From positions 3,782,001 through 3,846,000 of the forward strand of contig CM022672.1 of NCBI GenBank assembly GCA_012295275.1: a DNA stretch of 64,000 nucleotides, read 5' to 3'. The DNA comes from Chrysomallon squamiferum. Taxonomy: Eukaryota > Animalia > Mollusca. Each line of letters starts with the position of its first letter. Within the stretch, counting starts at the first letter, position 1. Both the position numbers and the translations under genes were made by a program. Under the pieces are notes generated by a model. It did not search any database, was not told the DNA's origin, and saw only the letters and a list, made by a program, of their open reading frames with translations. Below are positions 10,496 to 26,169 of this stretch, piece by piece.

Positions 10496-12426
10496 AATTT
10501 GATTTTCATATATACATCTGAAGGCTGTGTTTGGACTATTGGCTGATTTTAAATATGTTAGTTTCACTGATCGCTACAGATCTGTACCCGCAGCCAAACT
10601 GGATGTGTAAGACAACTGTACTAACTTGTGCATGCATATAATCCTCTAACATACTAACCTGATTTTATATAAAGAATACTTCTGGAAGCATGTGTGTATA
10701 ACAGCTTTATTCAACCAAAAGGTTCTGATCTGTCAGCTGGATGATAAACAGACTGCAAGAAAAGACACAGTCACACAGAGTGTTTTGATGATAAACAAAA
10801 CAAACAGAAATTTCGTTAACAAACATTCCTTTTACTTAACAGAGTCGGTGACGAAACACACAGCTGTCTAACGCGTCTCCATGGAAACATTAAATATAGA
10901 GAGGCAAGAACAGATGGGCAATAATTACATGTATTCAACTGTAATGTTTACCTTCGTGAAGAAAATTAAAACTTTCTCTTTTTTTCATCTGACATTCAGA
11001 AGTTCTGTAGCAACTGGTTTTGAGTATCCAGTTTTTGAAACTGCGTTCGATTTTGCTTGTGTTTTACAAAGAAAATCATTACAAAGAAATTTAACTTCTG
11101 TTTGAAAGTTGTACCTGTTAGGTAATGAGTTCTAACAATAAACAGGTGTTTCATAACATAACTAAGCAACCCATTAATATCTATCAGTGTGAGAAAGACA
11201 AGATGATTTATGTATAACTGCAGACCACCAAAGCGCCATTAGACATAACGTATTTGTCCTTTTAAAAAGGGCCAAAATACACAAACAGTCATGATAAAGT
11301 TTTATCTTTATTTAAAAAAAGAAAGAAAGAATAATATTATTTAATTGTTGGTTGTTGTTATTATTATACTTATCATAATATAAATAGGTTATTGTTGTCT
11401 CCATAATCATCATCACCATCGTCATCATCTTCGTCATAATTTCACCAGATGAATCAGTGTAGCTGTTGGTAATAAGCACAGGTTTTTATAATATCGTTAT
11501 AATTTTAACCTAACAGTTAACTATAAACATATCTTGCCTGGTTGATGAAAAAAGAATCAGTTTAGACAGCTCTTCAAAAAGGATACAAACTACTTTTCTA
11601 CCTGTTGGTTGCTACACCTATTAATTTGCTTTATCAACAGAAGACATTCATACCTAACATTACTACATTAATTGTTGCTATTTTCGAAGATACTGATTTA
11701 ATTGTTGGAATGATATAATATGTGTTAGATATCGTGTAAAGTTTTAGTTAAAAATATTATGATATAAAGCTGATACTCCACAATATTACTGCAACTACTA
11801 ATACTAGTAGTAGTAGTAGTAGTAGTAATAGTAGCGGTAGTAGTAGTAGTAGTAGTAGTAGCAGTAGTAGTAGTAGTAGTAGTAAGAATTACAATAAGAG
11901 TTGCAACAACAAAACGACGAAGAAAAATAAACTGAAATAGAAAAATTATTAATTTTATTTCTCAGGTCTTTTTTTTTTCTCAGTAACAATTTTAACGAGA
12001 TTTGACTGATAGTAACAAGTGCGCATGTCACATGAAAATGGAACGGAAGTGAAGTGAAAGGGTAAAGGACACCCACATCGCCGAGTAAAAACATGTTTTT
12101 GATTCGCTTGTCGTTCAGCGTTCGCGGTGTGTGGTTACAAATCACTGGAACAAAAACAATAATAGCTGCGCACATTCTTATAAGTGATAATAGGTTAACG
12201 AATTGACAGCAGCAGACATAGATCAACGTAAAACGAGCTAGTTACAGGCAGATAATCTGGCTCACGGCCCAACGTTTAAGATTTACAGTGCACTATTGAG
12301 ACGTAGCGAAATTCTTTGCCTGCATGATGGGTCTATAGACAGAGTAATGCCAGCAAGTGACTTGTAGTGTTAGCATTAGCCTTCAGTTCTAATTTGCATC
12401 TTGTTAGACAGTGCATGTTTAACATT

Positions 12427-12428
<2 letters not shown>

Positions 12429-12513
<85 letters not shown>
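12429..12513. repeat. (CT)n microsatellite
   Basis: Direct reading. Confidence 0.95.
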
Positions 12514-12517
<4 letters not shown>

Positions 12518-14077
12518 TCTCTCTCTCATATAACCAGAAAATATAAATACCCGAGTAAATTAAGTAATTCATCTATCTACTTTCATTCAATGGGTTAATA
12601 AGCACTGTTCAGTACTTTGCCGTATTTGAAGAAATACAAGGTAAATGAATCTTTTTACGTTTATGATCTTGTTTGCACATGCGACCTTTCAAATGATCAG
12701 AAATGGATTTTTTTCTTTCTTCTATTTTTTTTCTTTTTTCGTTTTGTTTTCTGCTTTCCATCATAAAGAACTCAACAACAGAGTGAACTATTTGCATAAG
12801 TTAATAGTAATGCAGTGTAATTTATATAGGTATACATAACTGACAGAAAACAGGTTTTTCATTATTTATTTAAAAAAGAACCTGTTTCTTTTTCTTTTTC
12901 TTTTTTCCATTTAATTTGAAGTTCTATCCGCTTACATTTAAAAAAAAATACAAATTAAGCTTCTAGTACAGAGCTATATTATTTCCAAGTCGAATCAATT
13001 GTTTTTCATAATACATAAAGGGCATCTGAATGGAAATGTCAAAAAAGTGTCGTTTACAAAGAAATGTGATGTAGAAGATTAGGAAATAATGCGCTCACAA
13101 TAATGTAAAATAACAAAAATAAATAATTAAAAATAATAAGAAATACGAACGTTTAGTGTTTAAAAAATCTGCATATTTCTTAATATATTTATTTTCTTCT
13201 TCTTCTTCTTTTAAATATTTTTCTATTTATTTATTTATTTATTTATTTAAATTACTTATATAAGCAAATTAAGGACAGCGTTTTTCCTTTTCTCCGACTA
13301 TTAATAAAACAACGTCGCTGATGTCGAAAACAAATCAAGATATCTACGGTACTTTGGTTGAAACAAATTTTTCATTAGAACTGTGAGAATTATTATACAT
13401 TTAGAGGACAAAACTGCTTGAAATATCGTTGCTGGCGTGATCTCTCGAGAATTCCGGGTATCTATACGAGATTTGAAAAACACAGTTTTTCCTCCTACCG
13501 TTGTTTATACGACATCCAAAAACAAACGTTGTACACGCTGAGATATTCCATGACTAAACAGCGAACATCGCGTAAACATGTGTTTGTTTCGGATGCCAAA
13601 ACAGCACGAAAAGTTAGAAAATTATCAACGAAATGCGAATGTTGTGGCTCAGCACACGACCTCTGTACCTGTCTCCGTTATGAATATTATTTCGGCGGAA
13701 ACGGCACATTCCTGTATGCGTGCTGCAGTTTAGGAAAAATAACAATTGTTAGCTGTCTCAATATTTTCTTTTGTGGGCACCTTCATTGTTGGTATATTTA
13801 AACCGAATGTCACAGGTGTCAGGTAATGTAAAATCCATGCCAATCTCGGCCGTACAAATTGTTCATAAGTTATAACAATATAAACAACAACACTTTATTA
13901 TTTTAAACATATTTGTTTTACGAATCAGATGTTACTCCTGCCCGGAACCAAGAAAATTTCAAACAAATTTAGATTTTCCACAATTTAACTTAAAACACAT
14001 TGCTCAGCTAGGTGTTTATTACTCTGTAATTGATAAAATTTTTGTTGCTGCAAATAAGCCGCTTATTATTGTATTTT

Positions 14078-14187
<110 letters not shown>

Positions 14188-14876
14188 TAGTGCACTATTA
14201 TTATTATTACACATACGTATATGTACATACAATACCATGCATGGTATCAGCTGATGAATTCACCGTTAAACAAATATTAAATGATTAAAGATCTGTTACA
14301 GTTAAGTGCCTAAATCTTTCCAGTCTTTCCTTTTATACATTAATATTCAGTCTACGACTTTTAAGCAAAAATTGGGCTTTGGGTGTATATATGTATGCCT
14401 TTCTTTGTTTTTCTTTCAGTCTGTATAACTGTTTGTGGTTACATTCGTTTGTGTGTAAATTTGAAGTGTTTTTCAGTCCGAAGAAAACTCCACATTTTGT
14501 GATACCATACCCGGTCGAAAAGGATTCCGCCAACCAGTGAAGACTGTCGGGTTAAGCAAAACGCACCAGTCTGTCTAGTGACTTGGGATATCTCCAACGT
14601 GTGGTTTAAAAAGTGCAAGTCTTGTCAACAAGTAGAAAACACGACACAAGCCCAGGGCCAAAGAACTAAAACACACTGTGTTATTTCCCGTTTTGTTGCT
14701 TCTGTTTGACTGATAGCTACATACACCCAGTTGAAAGACTTCTCCATCAAACGCGGAGCACCACCTCGATGGAAGTTTCGCAGAGAAGAATACAACGTGG
14801 ATTTGTCAGTGAAGATCGATCCGTTCCCAAGATACACTTGTTTAATCGTAGATAAGAGAATAAAATGTAGTTTATT

Positions 14877-14879
<3 letters not shown>

Positions 14880-14941
<62 letters not shown>

Positions 14942-14978
14942 CTCTGTCTCTCTTTCTGTCTCTGTCTGTCTCTCTCAT

Positions 14979-15064
<86 letters not shown>
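14880..15064. repeat. Interrupted (CT)n microsatellite
   Basis: Direct reading. Confidence 0.95.
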
Positions 15065-15070
<6 letters not shown>

Positions 15071-15345
15071 CGTCACTTTTTTTCTTTCTTTTTTTACGTT
15101 ATTTATTTTATAATACAGTTGTCAGAATGTTCACTGTTGGTATTAGTTTACAATTACAGATGAAAAGTTAACACCAAACTCGAAGCGATTCAATTACACC
15201 CCTAGACATTCATTTTATTTAAATGTTATTAAATCTGATTTTGCCAACATGCAGGAAAACATTTGTCTTCATCTTACAGTTAAGTATTCTGAGATATGCA
15301 CGAACAAGATCTGTGTCACCAGGAAATGAATTGCACCTTTCAAGA

Positions 15346-15432
15346 GACCAGTCTCTGTGGTGTTGTGATTAAATCGTCAAACCTGTAGATTCTTGGATCG
15401 AAGCTCATTACCGATTGCAGCATAAGAGCGTT
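15346..15432 (+). mobile_element. Degenerate tRNA-derived SINE head
   Basis: A-box-like GTGGTGTTGTGATTAA followed by B-box-like GGATCGAAGCTC; no complete cloverleaf. Confidence 0.45.
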
Positions 15433-16658
15433 ATGCTTCTTTGTTTTGAACAAAAACAACAACAACAAAAACCACAGCCACAACACTATATAATAACAGT
15501 AAAATAAAAGTACCTTTCAAATGAACTGACTGTTCTTTCTTCGATCACAGGAGGGTTACCAAAAAAAAAAAAAAAAAAAAAAAAAAATATTATGTTACAA
15601 TCTTATACTTTTCACATCAGTTCCGATTGCAACATGGCGTTAGGTTCGATCCTCGGAACTCCCAATTTACTAGTTCTTAACCGAGTTCTTAATTTATTAT
15701 TGCAGATGAAGTAACGATGTTTGGATATTAAGTTCAAAAATCGTCAAAAACTAGATGTCTCACAATATATATATATATATATATATATATTCATATATTA
15801 TTTTTCTGTTAACTCAAAGGCTGTCATATTCACAATTTTATATATTTATCCGTATATGTATCATGATGCTTTCAGGTCTGATTTCATTCAAAACATTTTT
15901 AGAGACGGTTTTCTCATTTTCTTAACTAAATATCAAAAAAATAACCCAGAAACCTGCTCTCTATTTAAAAGAGTATAATATTGCTAATAAGTTACATGGT
16001 AAGTTAGAGGATTTGCTGTTTTGACCATTTAAATATTTTTGCAGTCAAGATAAATATTAGACCTCAGTTTGTACTCACTTACCACAGTGATTTCTTATTT
16101 TAAAATGCACCTGACGTTTAAATGAAGTTAAACAAGAGACATAACGTATTTAGTTTTTGGAGCGGAATCATTTATACATCAAAGAGAACGCAATACTGCT
16201 TGAAACCGGCTTGAACTTGTTTCTTACACGTCACAGGTTGATGTGTTCGGTAAAAACTTCGTGTCCACTGTCTTGTCCACTCATCTGACCAGCGGTCACT
16301 TCTTTTGATATTTTAGCTACCTGTCAGGTCATTTTATAAGGTCGTTCGTTTTGGAGACTAAACATGGAATAGAATAAAAACTACGGACAGTAATGTAGTA
16401 GCTGTTAAAAATAATGCTTGTTATAAGTATTCATTTTAGACACCCATTTTCAAAGTAAATTTTATTTATATCTTATTAACATGTATAATTTATTAAATTG
16501 TTAAAAAGACCACAAATCCAAGTGTTTTCCTGTCTAATGGAAAAAATACAACAAATCCATTATCGCTAATTGGGAATGCTTTCTACAGAGTAGTTATAAA
16601 TATATTTTTTCTCCTCGTAATTATAATTATTAAACAATTAAATATTTATCTTCCTTTT

Positions 16659-16720
<62 letters not shown>

Positions 16721-17392
16721 AAAGAAAATATATTTATGGTGTGCTGAGGTACTGTTGAAGAACCGTTCGTTCGCTCAATGGTCAAACAAAAGAAAAGGTT
16801 AATTAGCATTTTTAAGACATTTTGTGAATTCTTGAATTTCGTGTGGAATTTTAAATTCACTGAACAGAAATACGAACATGCTGGCAGCTTAACTATAATG
16901 AGAACTTAAGTCATTTAATACTTGGAGTTATTATCACCTTGTGGCCTTCCGTTATCGCAACAGCACCCCGGGGCTGCAGTTTTCAAGAGGCGTTGACTGA
17001 AGTGCGTCTAATTATTCAGGAGGGATTTAAGTGAGAGAGCAAAGATCTTTGATAATCCATGCGCGGTGACTAACACAAACCATTATTCACTTTAACATTT
17101 CTATTCCGAAGAGTGGTATGACCAACGGGTGTTGTTATTTATTTTAAATATTCATGACTCTTTAACTTCTGTTGCCAATTAGCATATTTTGATTCACGCA
17201 TAAAAAACGTAGTTATCCAGTTAAATAATTGTTATCTTGTTAAAATCTATACAGCAGTTAGGTAGTTTAAATAATTTTTATATACTTCTGGGTTATTCTT
17301 TGATTTGTTAATGGAGATCAGTCTTTAAATAGAGCAGTATTATAATAATACAAACATAGATACATACATATACAAACACATGTATAGATAGA

Positions 17393-17426
<34 letters not shown>

Positions 17427-20366
17427 CAAACATATTATTATTATTATTATTATTATTAAATTATTATTATTATTAAGAAAAAGATGCATGTATATCTACT
17501 AAATACATACATCGTACGCACAAACATACATACACACCGACACATTTTCACGCATGCAAGGTTTTGCAACTCGCTTCCACCCCAGCATATTCAAGTTTGT
17601 GAAAAAATCTGGTTTGTATGAGAATGCTAATCAACATGAAAAAAAAAAACTTCTTTCTCGTGCAGACAGGGAGCATCTGTGTCCCGTCTGGGGATTTGTT
17701 TGTTTAGAAACGAGTTTTTCACTCAGTTAAAATGTGGGGAATTGTTTTGTTTTTTTCTCTCATAAAGTCATGCAACGAAAGATGCCACGTTGCTCGCCGG
17801 AGACTGTTTGACGAAGAGGTCAATATGCGATGTTTAGTTCCAGTGAAAATAACGAAAACCTTTCGATTCTAGAAACTAAAATCAACAAACAAACAAAGGA
17901 ATAATTAAAAAAAAAAAAAGTAATAATAATAATGATGAAAAAATAATAATAATAATAATAAAATATATTCTTTCAGGGTTTGTTTGAAATTAATGTGATT
18001 CATTTTCTTTGGTTTTTTTTTTTTTTTTTTTTTGTTTAAAAAAAAAAGAATGAATGAAAAAGACAAACCGAGAAGATATGAAAAAGAGAGAGTAAAGGAA
18101 GAAAAAAAAAGTATTTTCCTACGAGTAAAATATAAATATTCAAAATGGTTATTGAAAAGCTGAGTATAATTACAAAAAACAACGATTATTAAAACGATTT
18201 CTGATATTGACGCATTAAACATGAAACAGCTTGTCAAAGAACTCGGTGATAATTCTACACGGTTTTTGTTTCGGTTTCGTCGTTTTTCGCCCGAGGCGTT
18301 GTTTTCTTACAAAGATGTGCTGTTAAGAATTCTGAGTTTGATGATGACACAGTGCAATCAATAGGATAAAAGGTGGTGAATATTTGACAAACGTGCAGCA
18401 ATTAACTGTGAAAATATTGTCACATCTTTACTAATTCATGACATTTTGTTTTGCTTATAGGTTTTGTGGAACATATTGATCAGTTAAAACGCTAAGCGAA
18501 TAATGATAATAATAATAATAATTCTAAAAAAAAAAAAACGTTGAGATGGAGAAAAAAACATGAAAAAAAAAAAAACCCACACAGAAAAAAGAAGGAAAAA
18601 AAAAAGCATTAATATTGAGAATAATATATTCATTAACATTGATCAAAGAAAAAAAAAATATTTTATTGAAATGTTTCCAAGATTACAAAAAGCGATTACT
18701 TATCATCGTTGTCATTTTGGTCGAATTAAAAACTACAAATAGTAGAAAGTAATGATTTTAATACTGAGGGATTTTTCGTGTTACTCTCCTTCTTCTTCTT
18801 TTTTTTTTTTTTTTTTTTTTTCTTATTTTTTGTTGTTGTTGTTGTTGTTGTTGTTTATTTATCAGTTTATATTTCACGTTCTTTCGTTATTTCTTTTTGT
18901 TAGTGTGTTTATTCAAACAAAAACAAAAACAAACACCTTTTTTTTAAAAATCTCTCCATCTATTTATTAATCCGCCAATCTATCGTGCATCGTTCTTTCC
19001 ATCATACATATTTATCTGCGTGCCTGGTTTTCTGTCTGTCTGTCTGTCAGTCTGTCTATCTGTCTATCTTTCAGTCAGCCAGTCAGTCAGTCTGTCTTTT
19101 TGTATTTATCTTTGTCTGTTTGTTGTTCTTTATTTACTTGCATATTTGTCTGAATTATTTTTATATTTATTTACAAATGTACGTTGATGCAACTCAATAT
19201 CACTGGATATAATCTAATGCTAAGAAGAACAAGGTCTAAAATACGTAGTCTAAAACAGTATGGAATTTTGAACTTGATATTTTGCTTGTAGTGTTGTCAT
19301 AATCATTATATGTCTATATCTTTCCTTGAACTAAGTTGTTTATCCAAAAGAAGGTATCGAATATATTTTAGTTTAATTGCAGGTTCAGACGATTGTTGTT
19401 ATTATTTTAAAATTTCATTCTTTGAATTTTTGTCCCAACCTGCAGTCAATCCTGAAAAACCTGATCGCATATTTCCCTCGGGATACATTTGTGTTGTACT
19501 ATTCTAGAAGAACTCGGTTACTTAAACCATCGTTTATCTCCGTTTATTTCCGTTTGTTTCCGCTTTCGATTCAATGTTTCTTTTAATGGCGTCATTAACT
19601 TCAAAACACGTTCTCCCGATACAGCTAAAATGATGTTATTAAAAGGTAAGGAAAAAAAAAATAAATAAAAAAAAAAAAGAAAAGGAAAAAGGTTAATTAA
19701 ACAGTGAAAACCATCAATCAGAGTAAGGATTATATTATTTTTATTACACGCTAACTTTCAGTGTCATGAAAGAAAAATTGCTTTAATACATTTTATATTT
19801 GTAACGCATAATTATTTGCATTAAGCCACATTTACAATAACAAAGCAATAACAAAATAAAAATTCAGTCAGTAATTATAAAAATAACATCATTTGAATAA
19901 GCCAAGCCATCTTTAATGCTGTAATGCTTTAGTTCTTGGATCGTGTCAATGTTTTAGCTGCACTTCAAAAGTAAAATGGAAGATGCTAGTTAATAAATTT
20001 ACTCTTTATTCTTCTAAATACGTACGTACGTACCTTCTCGCTAACCAACCATCAAATACACTAACAGTAACAACATTTTTGACAGATACCGGTAACCCAT
20101 TTTCATGGACGGTTAGCCCAAAATGCACCTGCTGGAACATTATTTTCGATAAAAAAAAGTGTTTAGATTGTTGGTTCACTGACTGAATGAATTTTAAACT
20201 GAACGTTTTATATAGTCTAATGTATTTTATTTGTGTAAACACTGATTAGAATTTACTACAAAACATTTTGCTGAGTATATGAAAAAAAAACCCGTTTAAA
20301 TAAATAAATTTAAATAAAACAAAAATAAATAAATAAATAAATACTTTAAAACAATATAATAACCTT

Positions 20367-20398
<32 letters not shown>

Positions 20399-21965
20399 AC
20401 TGTCGATTATTATATACTCTTTATAATGGTAAATGTAACATGTTCTGTAAAAATAAATAAAAATAAAAATTCAAAGTCTGAGATACAAGGGGACAAGTAT
20501 TTTAACCTCGCCCATTCCCTGCCCTCTTTCTTGTCATATCAATCAGCATATGGCGTACACATTTTACTGTCATCGAAACAGACATGTGACAACTATACAT
20601 ATTATATTTCTCATGCACAGAATCGAACCCGCGTCCATTAGGACAAATAACAAACAGCCCGTGGACGTAATTTTCGACTCAAGACTAAACTGGAAACGCA
20701 TGTTGTCTTAGATTACCCAGGGTGCACCTGACGCACTTGGCGCTCAAGACAATTGAATTTGAAAGAAACAAGCGACACCTGGTGTCGGTTTCAATTCGGG
20801 GGCCACACTGAGGCCACCTGGGTGCCACATGTCCACGATGTTGAGGACGGCGTGACGACGAATGTTTCAAGTTATTTATGCGACCTCGGTGACACCGACT
20901 TGACTTCGTGTAAACTCCGTACACAGCTTGAACAACTAAAACAAGCATTTTCTCATACTTGTTTACTTGTCAAAACAGATAAACACTCACGTTTGTCAAC
21001 GAAACTGGTTTCTTACGTACATCCGTGAGACTCTAGCGGTCTAACATTATCATTATAAAGCTATAATTAAAACTATTTTCCAGTTTATTTTATTAAATTA
21101 AATTAATTGTTTAATGTTATTTTTCTTTCTTTCTTTCCTTCTTTCTTCTGTATTTATTATATTATATTTTATTATATTATATTATATTATATTATATTAG
21201 ATTGCATTTTGCATTTTGTTTGTTTGTTTAAATTATTATATTGTTTGTTTGTTTAAATTAATTTCTGAAAATAAAGTTTATAGGAATGATTTTAATAAAG
21301 AAAACTTTGTCCAGATAAGAATCACATGTTTTGGAATGAAGTCTGCTTTTGTATTCAATAATTACCGATTTTTTTAAATTAATATAACCTGTTAATATAT
21401 GTGTGTGGGTGGATGTTGGTGTGCATGTGTTTAAAAATGAAACGAACAACAACAACAACAACAAAAATAATAAATAAATAAATAATTTTAAAACAATAAA
21501 ATAAAAATAAAAAAATAAAAATAACAACTGGTTAAATATCTATGTTCTGTTCCTTTGGCAAAACGAAATCAGAATCAAAATGACCAAAATTATAATTAAC
21601 AAGCAAATAAAACTGCATTTCGAACTCTCTAATTCTGAACCATTTGTGTATTTTGAACCATTATATAAAAATATTATTTGTGACAATAATTTCTGTAGCC
21701 GTAAAATAGTTCAACAAAATTTTTCGTCAGAACACAGTATTTATTTGACACCTAAATTTTAAATACATTTTTAATATTGTTGTTATTGGGGTTTTTTGTT
21801 CATTTTTTTCATTATCATGTTTGTTTACCATAATCGTCTTCACCCATCAGCATCAACTGTGACTGTATGTCTGTCTATAAGAGAATGAAGAGATAATAAT
21901 AATTATATATTAATGATCAATAAATCATTACGCCATCATCATCACCTTCAAATAGTCTCTCTTTC

Positions 21966-22009
<44 letters not shown>

Positions 22010-22727
22010 ATAATAATAACAATAATTCATTAATGATCAATAAATCCTTATTCTGCACGGAACACTGATTCACAAAGCTTAACAAGGAAAACGAACAATA
22101 GAAAACACACGCAAATTAACATCTTTATTTATTAATAAGCGTAAAAACGAAATAAAACCAGTAGCAGCACGAGCTCATTCTGACACGTTCAGCCACTTCA
22201 TGCATACATATTTAGAGCTAAGTAATAACTAGTTTGCATGGAAAAGTGCTAGCACCTAACCGGAACATCTGGAGAACGCATGCGTATAATCCGTCTGACC
22301 GCGCGCAAAATGCCTTTGATGTGTGACGGTTTGAGTTAGATGTGGTTTACGTCTGATCCGTATCTTTGCAGTAAACACACAAATAAGCATGTAAGAAACA
22401 CGAATACTACAAAGGTTAGCGAAACATTTCTTTGTATCGAGTGGTTGTGAGAGTTCGACAATCAGTTCGTGCAAAGGTCGTAATCTGCTATCAAAAATGA
22501 AATTGCATGTGGCGCATGCGGGTTTTTACGCATGCGATGGATTAGTGAATAGTAGTATAAACTAAATAATAATAATGATGATGATGATGATGATAGTGTA
22601 GAAGAAAAAGAAGAAGAAAAATATAATGGTAATGACTTTGAAAATAACTGAATAATTACGTCAACAACAAAAACAGAAAAGAGCAATGTTTAATTAACAA
22701 AAAGCGGCAATGCAAAAATATTCGTAC

Positions 22728-22756
22728 ACACCCACTCACCCACACACACACACACA

Positions 22757-22837
<81 letters not shown>

Positions 22838-22860
22838 ACCCACCCACACAAACACACACG
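22728..22860. repeat. (CA)n microsatellite
   Basis: Direct reading. Confidence 0.95.
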
Positions 22861-23525
22861 TACGCATGCACGCACGAACATAACTCACCCGATTAAAGGA
22901 TTACGATCGATCACATTCTACATGCGACAAAGCCATTGCAAAAACTCATACTCATAGCATAATTAATTAAGTCCAGTTTAGCAGCTGATGTTACGAATAA
23001 TAATAATAATATTGCTGACGATGATATAAAAGGATAAAAAGAAAAAAAAAAAAAGAAAAGAAAAAAGGTACTACTAATACTAATACATTAACAATTTATT
23101 ATTTATTTATTTTTTTATTAACATTATCACTTCAATATTTGTTGTTCTGTTACAAGCTCTAGTAGATATTTGTGTTTTGTGACATTAATCTACGAATGAC
23201 CCACACACAAGCGACTTTTCTTTCTTACACCTTTCTTATACCGAATGAATGAATGGATGAATGAATAAATAAGGGGGAAACACCAAATTACCAGTTCTTG
23301 TAAATGTTCTAGCATTTGTTTTAAAACAGTTCTAAGGATGTTAATTAATTCATTCTGTGATACACACACACTTGTAATACGCAAGTCGTATCAAGCCACA
23401 AAAACAACGTTTAAATACCGAACAGCCGAAACTGGAAACGTTTGATACGTTGACACTGTACCTCACGTGAGATGTATACATATACATATACTCACACATA
23501 CCTACCTACCTACCTACCTATCTAC

Positions 23526-23712
<187 letters not shown>

Positions 23713-24167
23713 GACATTTATATATCTTCCTGCCAATCAAGTGTGACGTGTTAATCAGAGCGTCAGTTTCAATGGAGCGGTGAGACAGGTGGATTATAAT
23801 GTAAGCGAAATTCTGATCACGGGCTGATAGCGTGCTGGTTGGTAAACGTCACGCGAGGGCCCGGATTGTCGTTTTAGTGAAAAGTTATGTTGTTATTACC
23901 TGTCCGATATCTCCACATTTTCCACTTCTCCCGTGGGCTGTTCGCCATTATTACGCAGGTGGGCTGACATCATTACATAGATAAGCTCGAGAGCACGATT
24001 TTTTTTTTTTTATTTTTTTCAAACTGTGACAGCCAAAAATAATGTGTGAAACTTTATATATTGTGGTGGCCTATGAAATTACTTTTTATCTCTGTGATCA
24101 GAGTTAAGCTGGTTCTAATGGTGTTTTAATGTACGCCTCTTATTAATATCACTCGTGTTGCCATCTA

Positions 24168-24171
<4 letters not shown>

Positions 24172-24239
<68 letters not shown>
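24172..24239. repeat. (CT)n microsatellite
   Basis: Direct reading. Confidence 0.95.
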
Positions 24240-24242
<3 letters not shown>

Positions 24243-24359
24243 TTCATTTAAAGACAGGCGAATTCACACGTTATGGAAATGAAGATTTATCCAACATCCT
24301 AACATACTGATTGATCGGTAACAATGATGTCAGTGCCTTATTGTATACCTCAGAAAAAC

Positions 24360-24470
24360 ACGGGTGCTGGAAAACGGTTGTAGGAAAAAATGCCACCGGA
24401 TAAAATGGCACTGGAAATAATGGCATCCGGAAGAAATGGCACTGTGAAGATTTGGAAAAAATGGCATCTT
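24360..24470. mobile_element. End of a non-autonomous DNA element with repeated AAATGGCA subterminal motif
   Basis: Five imperfect copies within 90 bp: aaatgcca, aaatggca, taatggca, aaatggca, aaatggca. Confidence 0.45.
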
Positions 24471-25792
24471 ATTTATTTTTTCTGTATTTAAATTTTTTTT
24501 TAAAGAATTTTTGAAAATGCAGTTTATTCATGCAATATTGTTACATACATCTATATTAATATATAGCATCACTCAGCCACTTGGTTTTGCTTAACAAAGT
24601 ACAGTGTTATATCAGAGTTTAATATTACACATACACATATATACATATATATATATATAAATGTACATGCACACAAATTCAAACACACATAGTACACTCA
24701 TACATACGTACCTAAAGGAATGCAAACACAGACAAAAAAAATTATAAAACACATACACAAAAAAAAAAAAAAAAAAAAAAATTAAACCTGACATATCAAA
24801 AAAAAAATGTTATTTAAACTAAGAGGAAATGTCACACGTGTCTAAACAATTTTTAAAATATTTGTTGAGCAGAGTTCTAATATTTGCGCATTTTCTCGAG
24901 AAGAACGACTTTTTCAATTCGCCTTGACGTTAAGTGAATTATATTTCCATTAATTCCGCATAGAAACATAATTCGAATCTGTGGAGTCAATTATAAAGAT
25001 ATTACAGGCACGGCTTCCCTTGGTTACCTACCAACAACGATGGCGTCCCCCGAGGCGCGATTCCTGTATAATAACAGGCGTTTAGAAAGCGTTACATTTT
25101 TGTACGAAACTGCGGCGGAATTATCGTTACATGCAGAGCTAAGAAGGAATCAGACGTTCGTATAGGATTACGTCGTTCTTATATAATTATTAATTATGCA
25201 ATTTTCTCCAGGGATAAAAGCGCAGATGATGTTATTTTTGAAAGATTACTTCAAACTACAACGTAATTGGAAAGATCAGCTTTATTAGTCAGATGTCAAT
25301 GACAGAATTAGTTTAAGGTATTACGTTTCAGCGGGAAAGTAACGCGTTGCTTGTTGCCCTAAATACTTGGACGTTAAAGGATTTGAAAGTAAATCGGATT
25401 TATAATTACCAGTATGTGCAAAAGGTTTTTTTTTTTAGGTAATAGTCTTAAAAGTGGTATTAAAAGGATTTGACTCGGTCATAACTTCAACAAAAAATTC
25501 ATTTCAACCAAAACAAACTGAGCACAATTAAAGAGGCTTATTCGCAGTTAGTTCAGTAGATAATAGTATTTCAACAGATCATTTCTCTGTGTTTACTAAC
25601 ATGATTCACCCAGCACAGTGTGAATAGGGCTTAATTTGACTTCATATTTATCGACATTTCTGCTGAGTCCGAGATAATTTCCTTGTTTTTTTACCGTTAG
25701 GTTCCTTGTTTGTCTTTTGTTGTTGTTGTTTTGGTTTTTTTTTGTCTCTCTCGTTTTTACGAACTGTGTTGATATATGTGCCTTTTTGTTTG

Positions 25793-25873
<81 letters not shown>
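25793..25873. repeat. Compound (GT)n(GA)n microsatellite
   Basis: Direct reading. Confidence 0.95.
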
Positions 25874-25877
<4 letters not shown>

Positions 25878-26169
25878 ACAGAGAAATAATGTATATAGGC
25901 TATATGTATGTATTGATATGTATATGTGTATGCATGTATATATATATATGCACCCGTATATATGAGTATGTGTATGTTTGAATGTATGTTTGTATTTATG
26001 CATATATACTTGTCTGTCTGTGTGTACGACTGTCTGATATATATATCTATATATGTGTATCTATCTATATATGTATATATTCAAGATTTAGATGCAGTAA
26101 CATTGATATAACAACATAGCCTACACTGACAACCTCTGTGCATGTTGCCTGGATCATGGATTATGATAT

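Noticed and set aside
15634-15665. GGTTCGATCC B-box suggesting a tRNA gene
   Set aside because: No cloverleaf or properly spaced A-box; at most a SINE fragment.
24404-24445. AATGGCACTGGAA resembles miR-263/183 family
   Set aside because: It is one unit of a direct AAATGGCA repeat array and has no hairpin.
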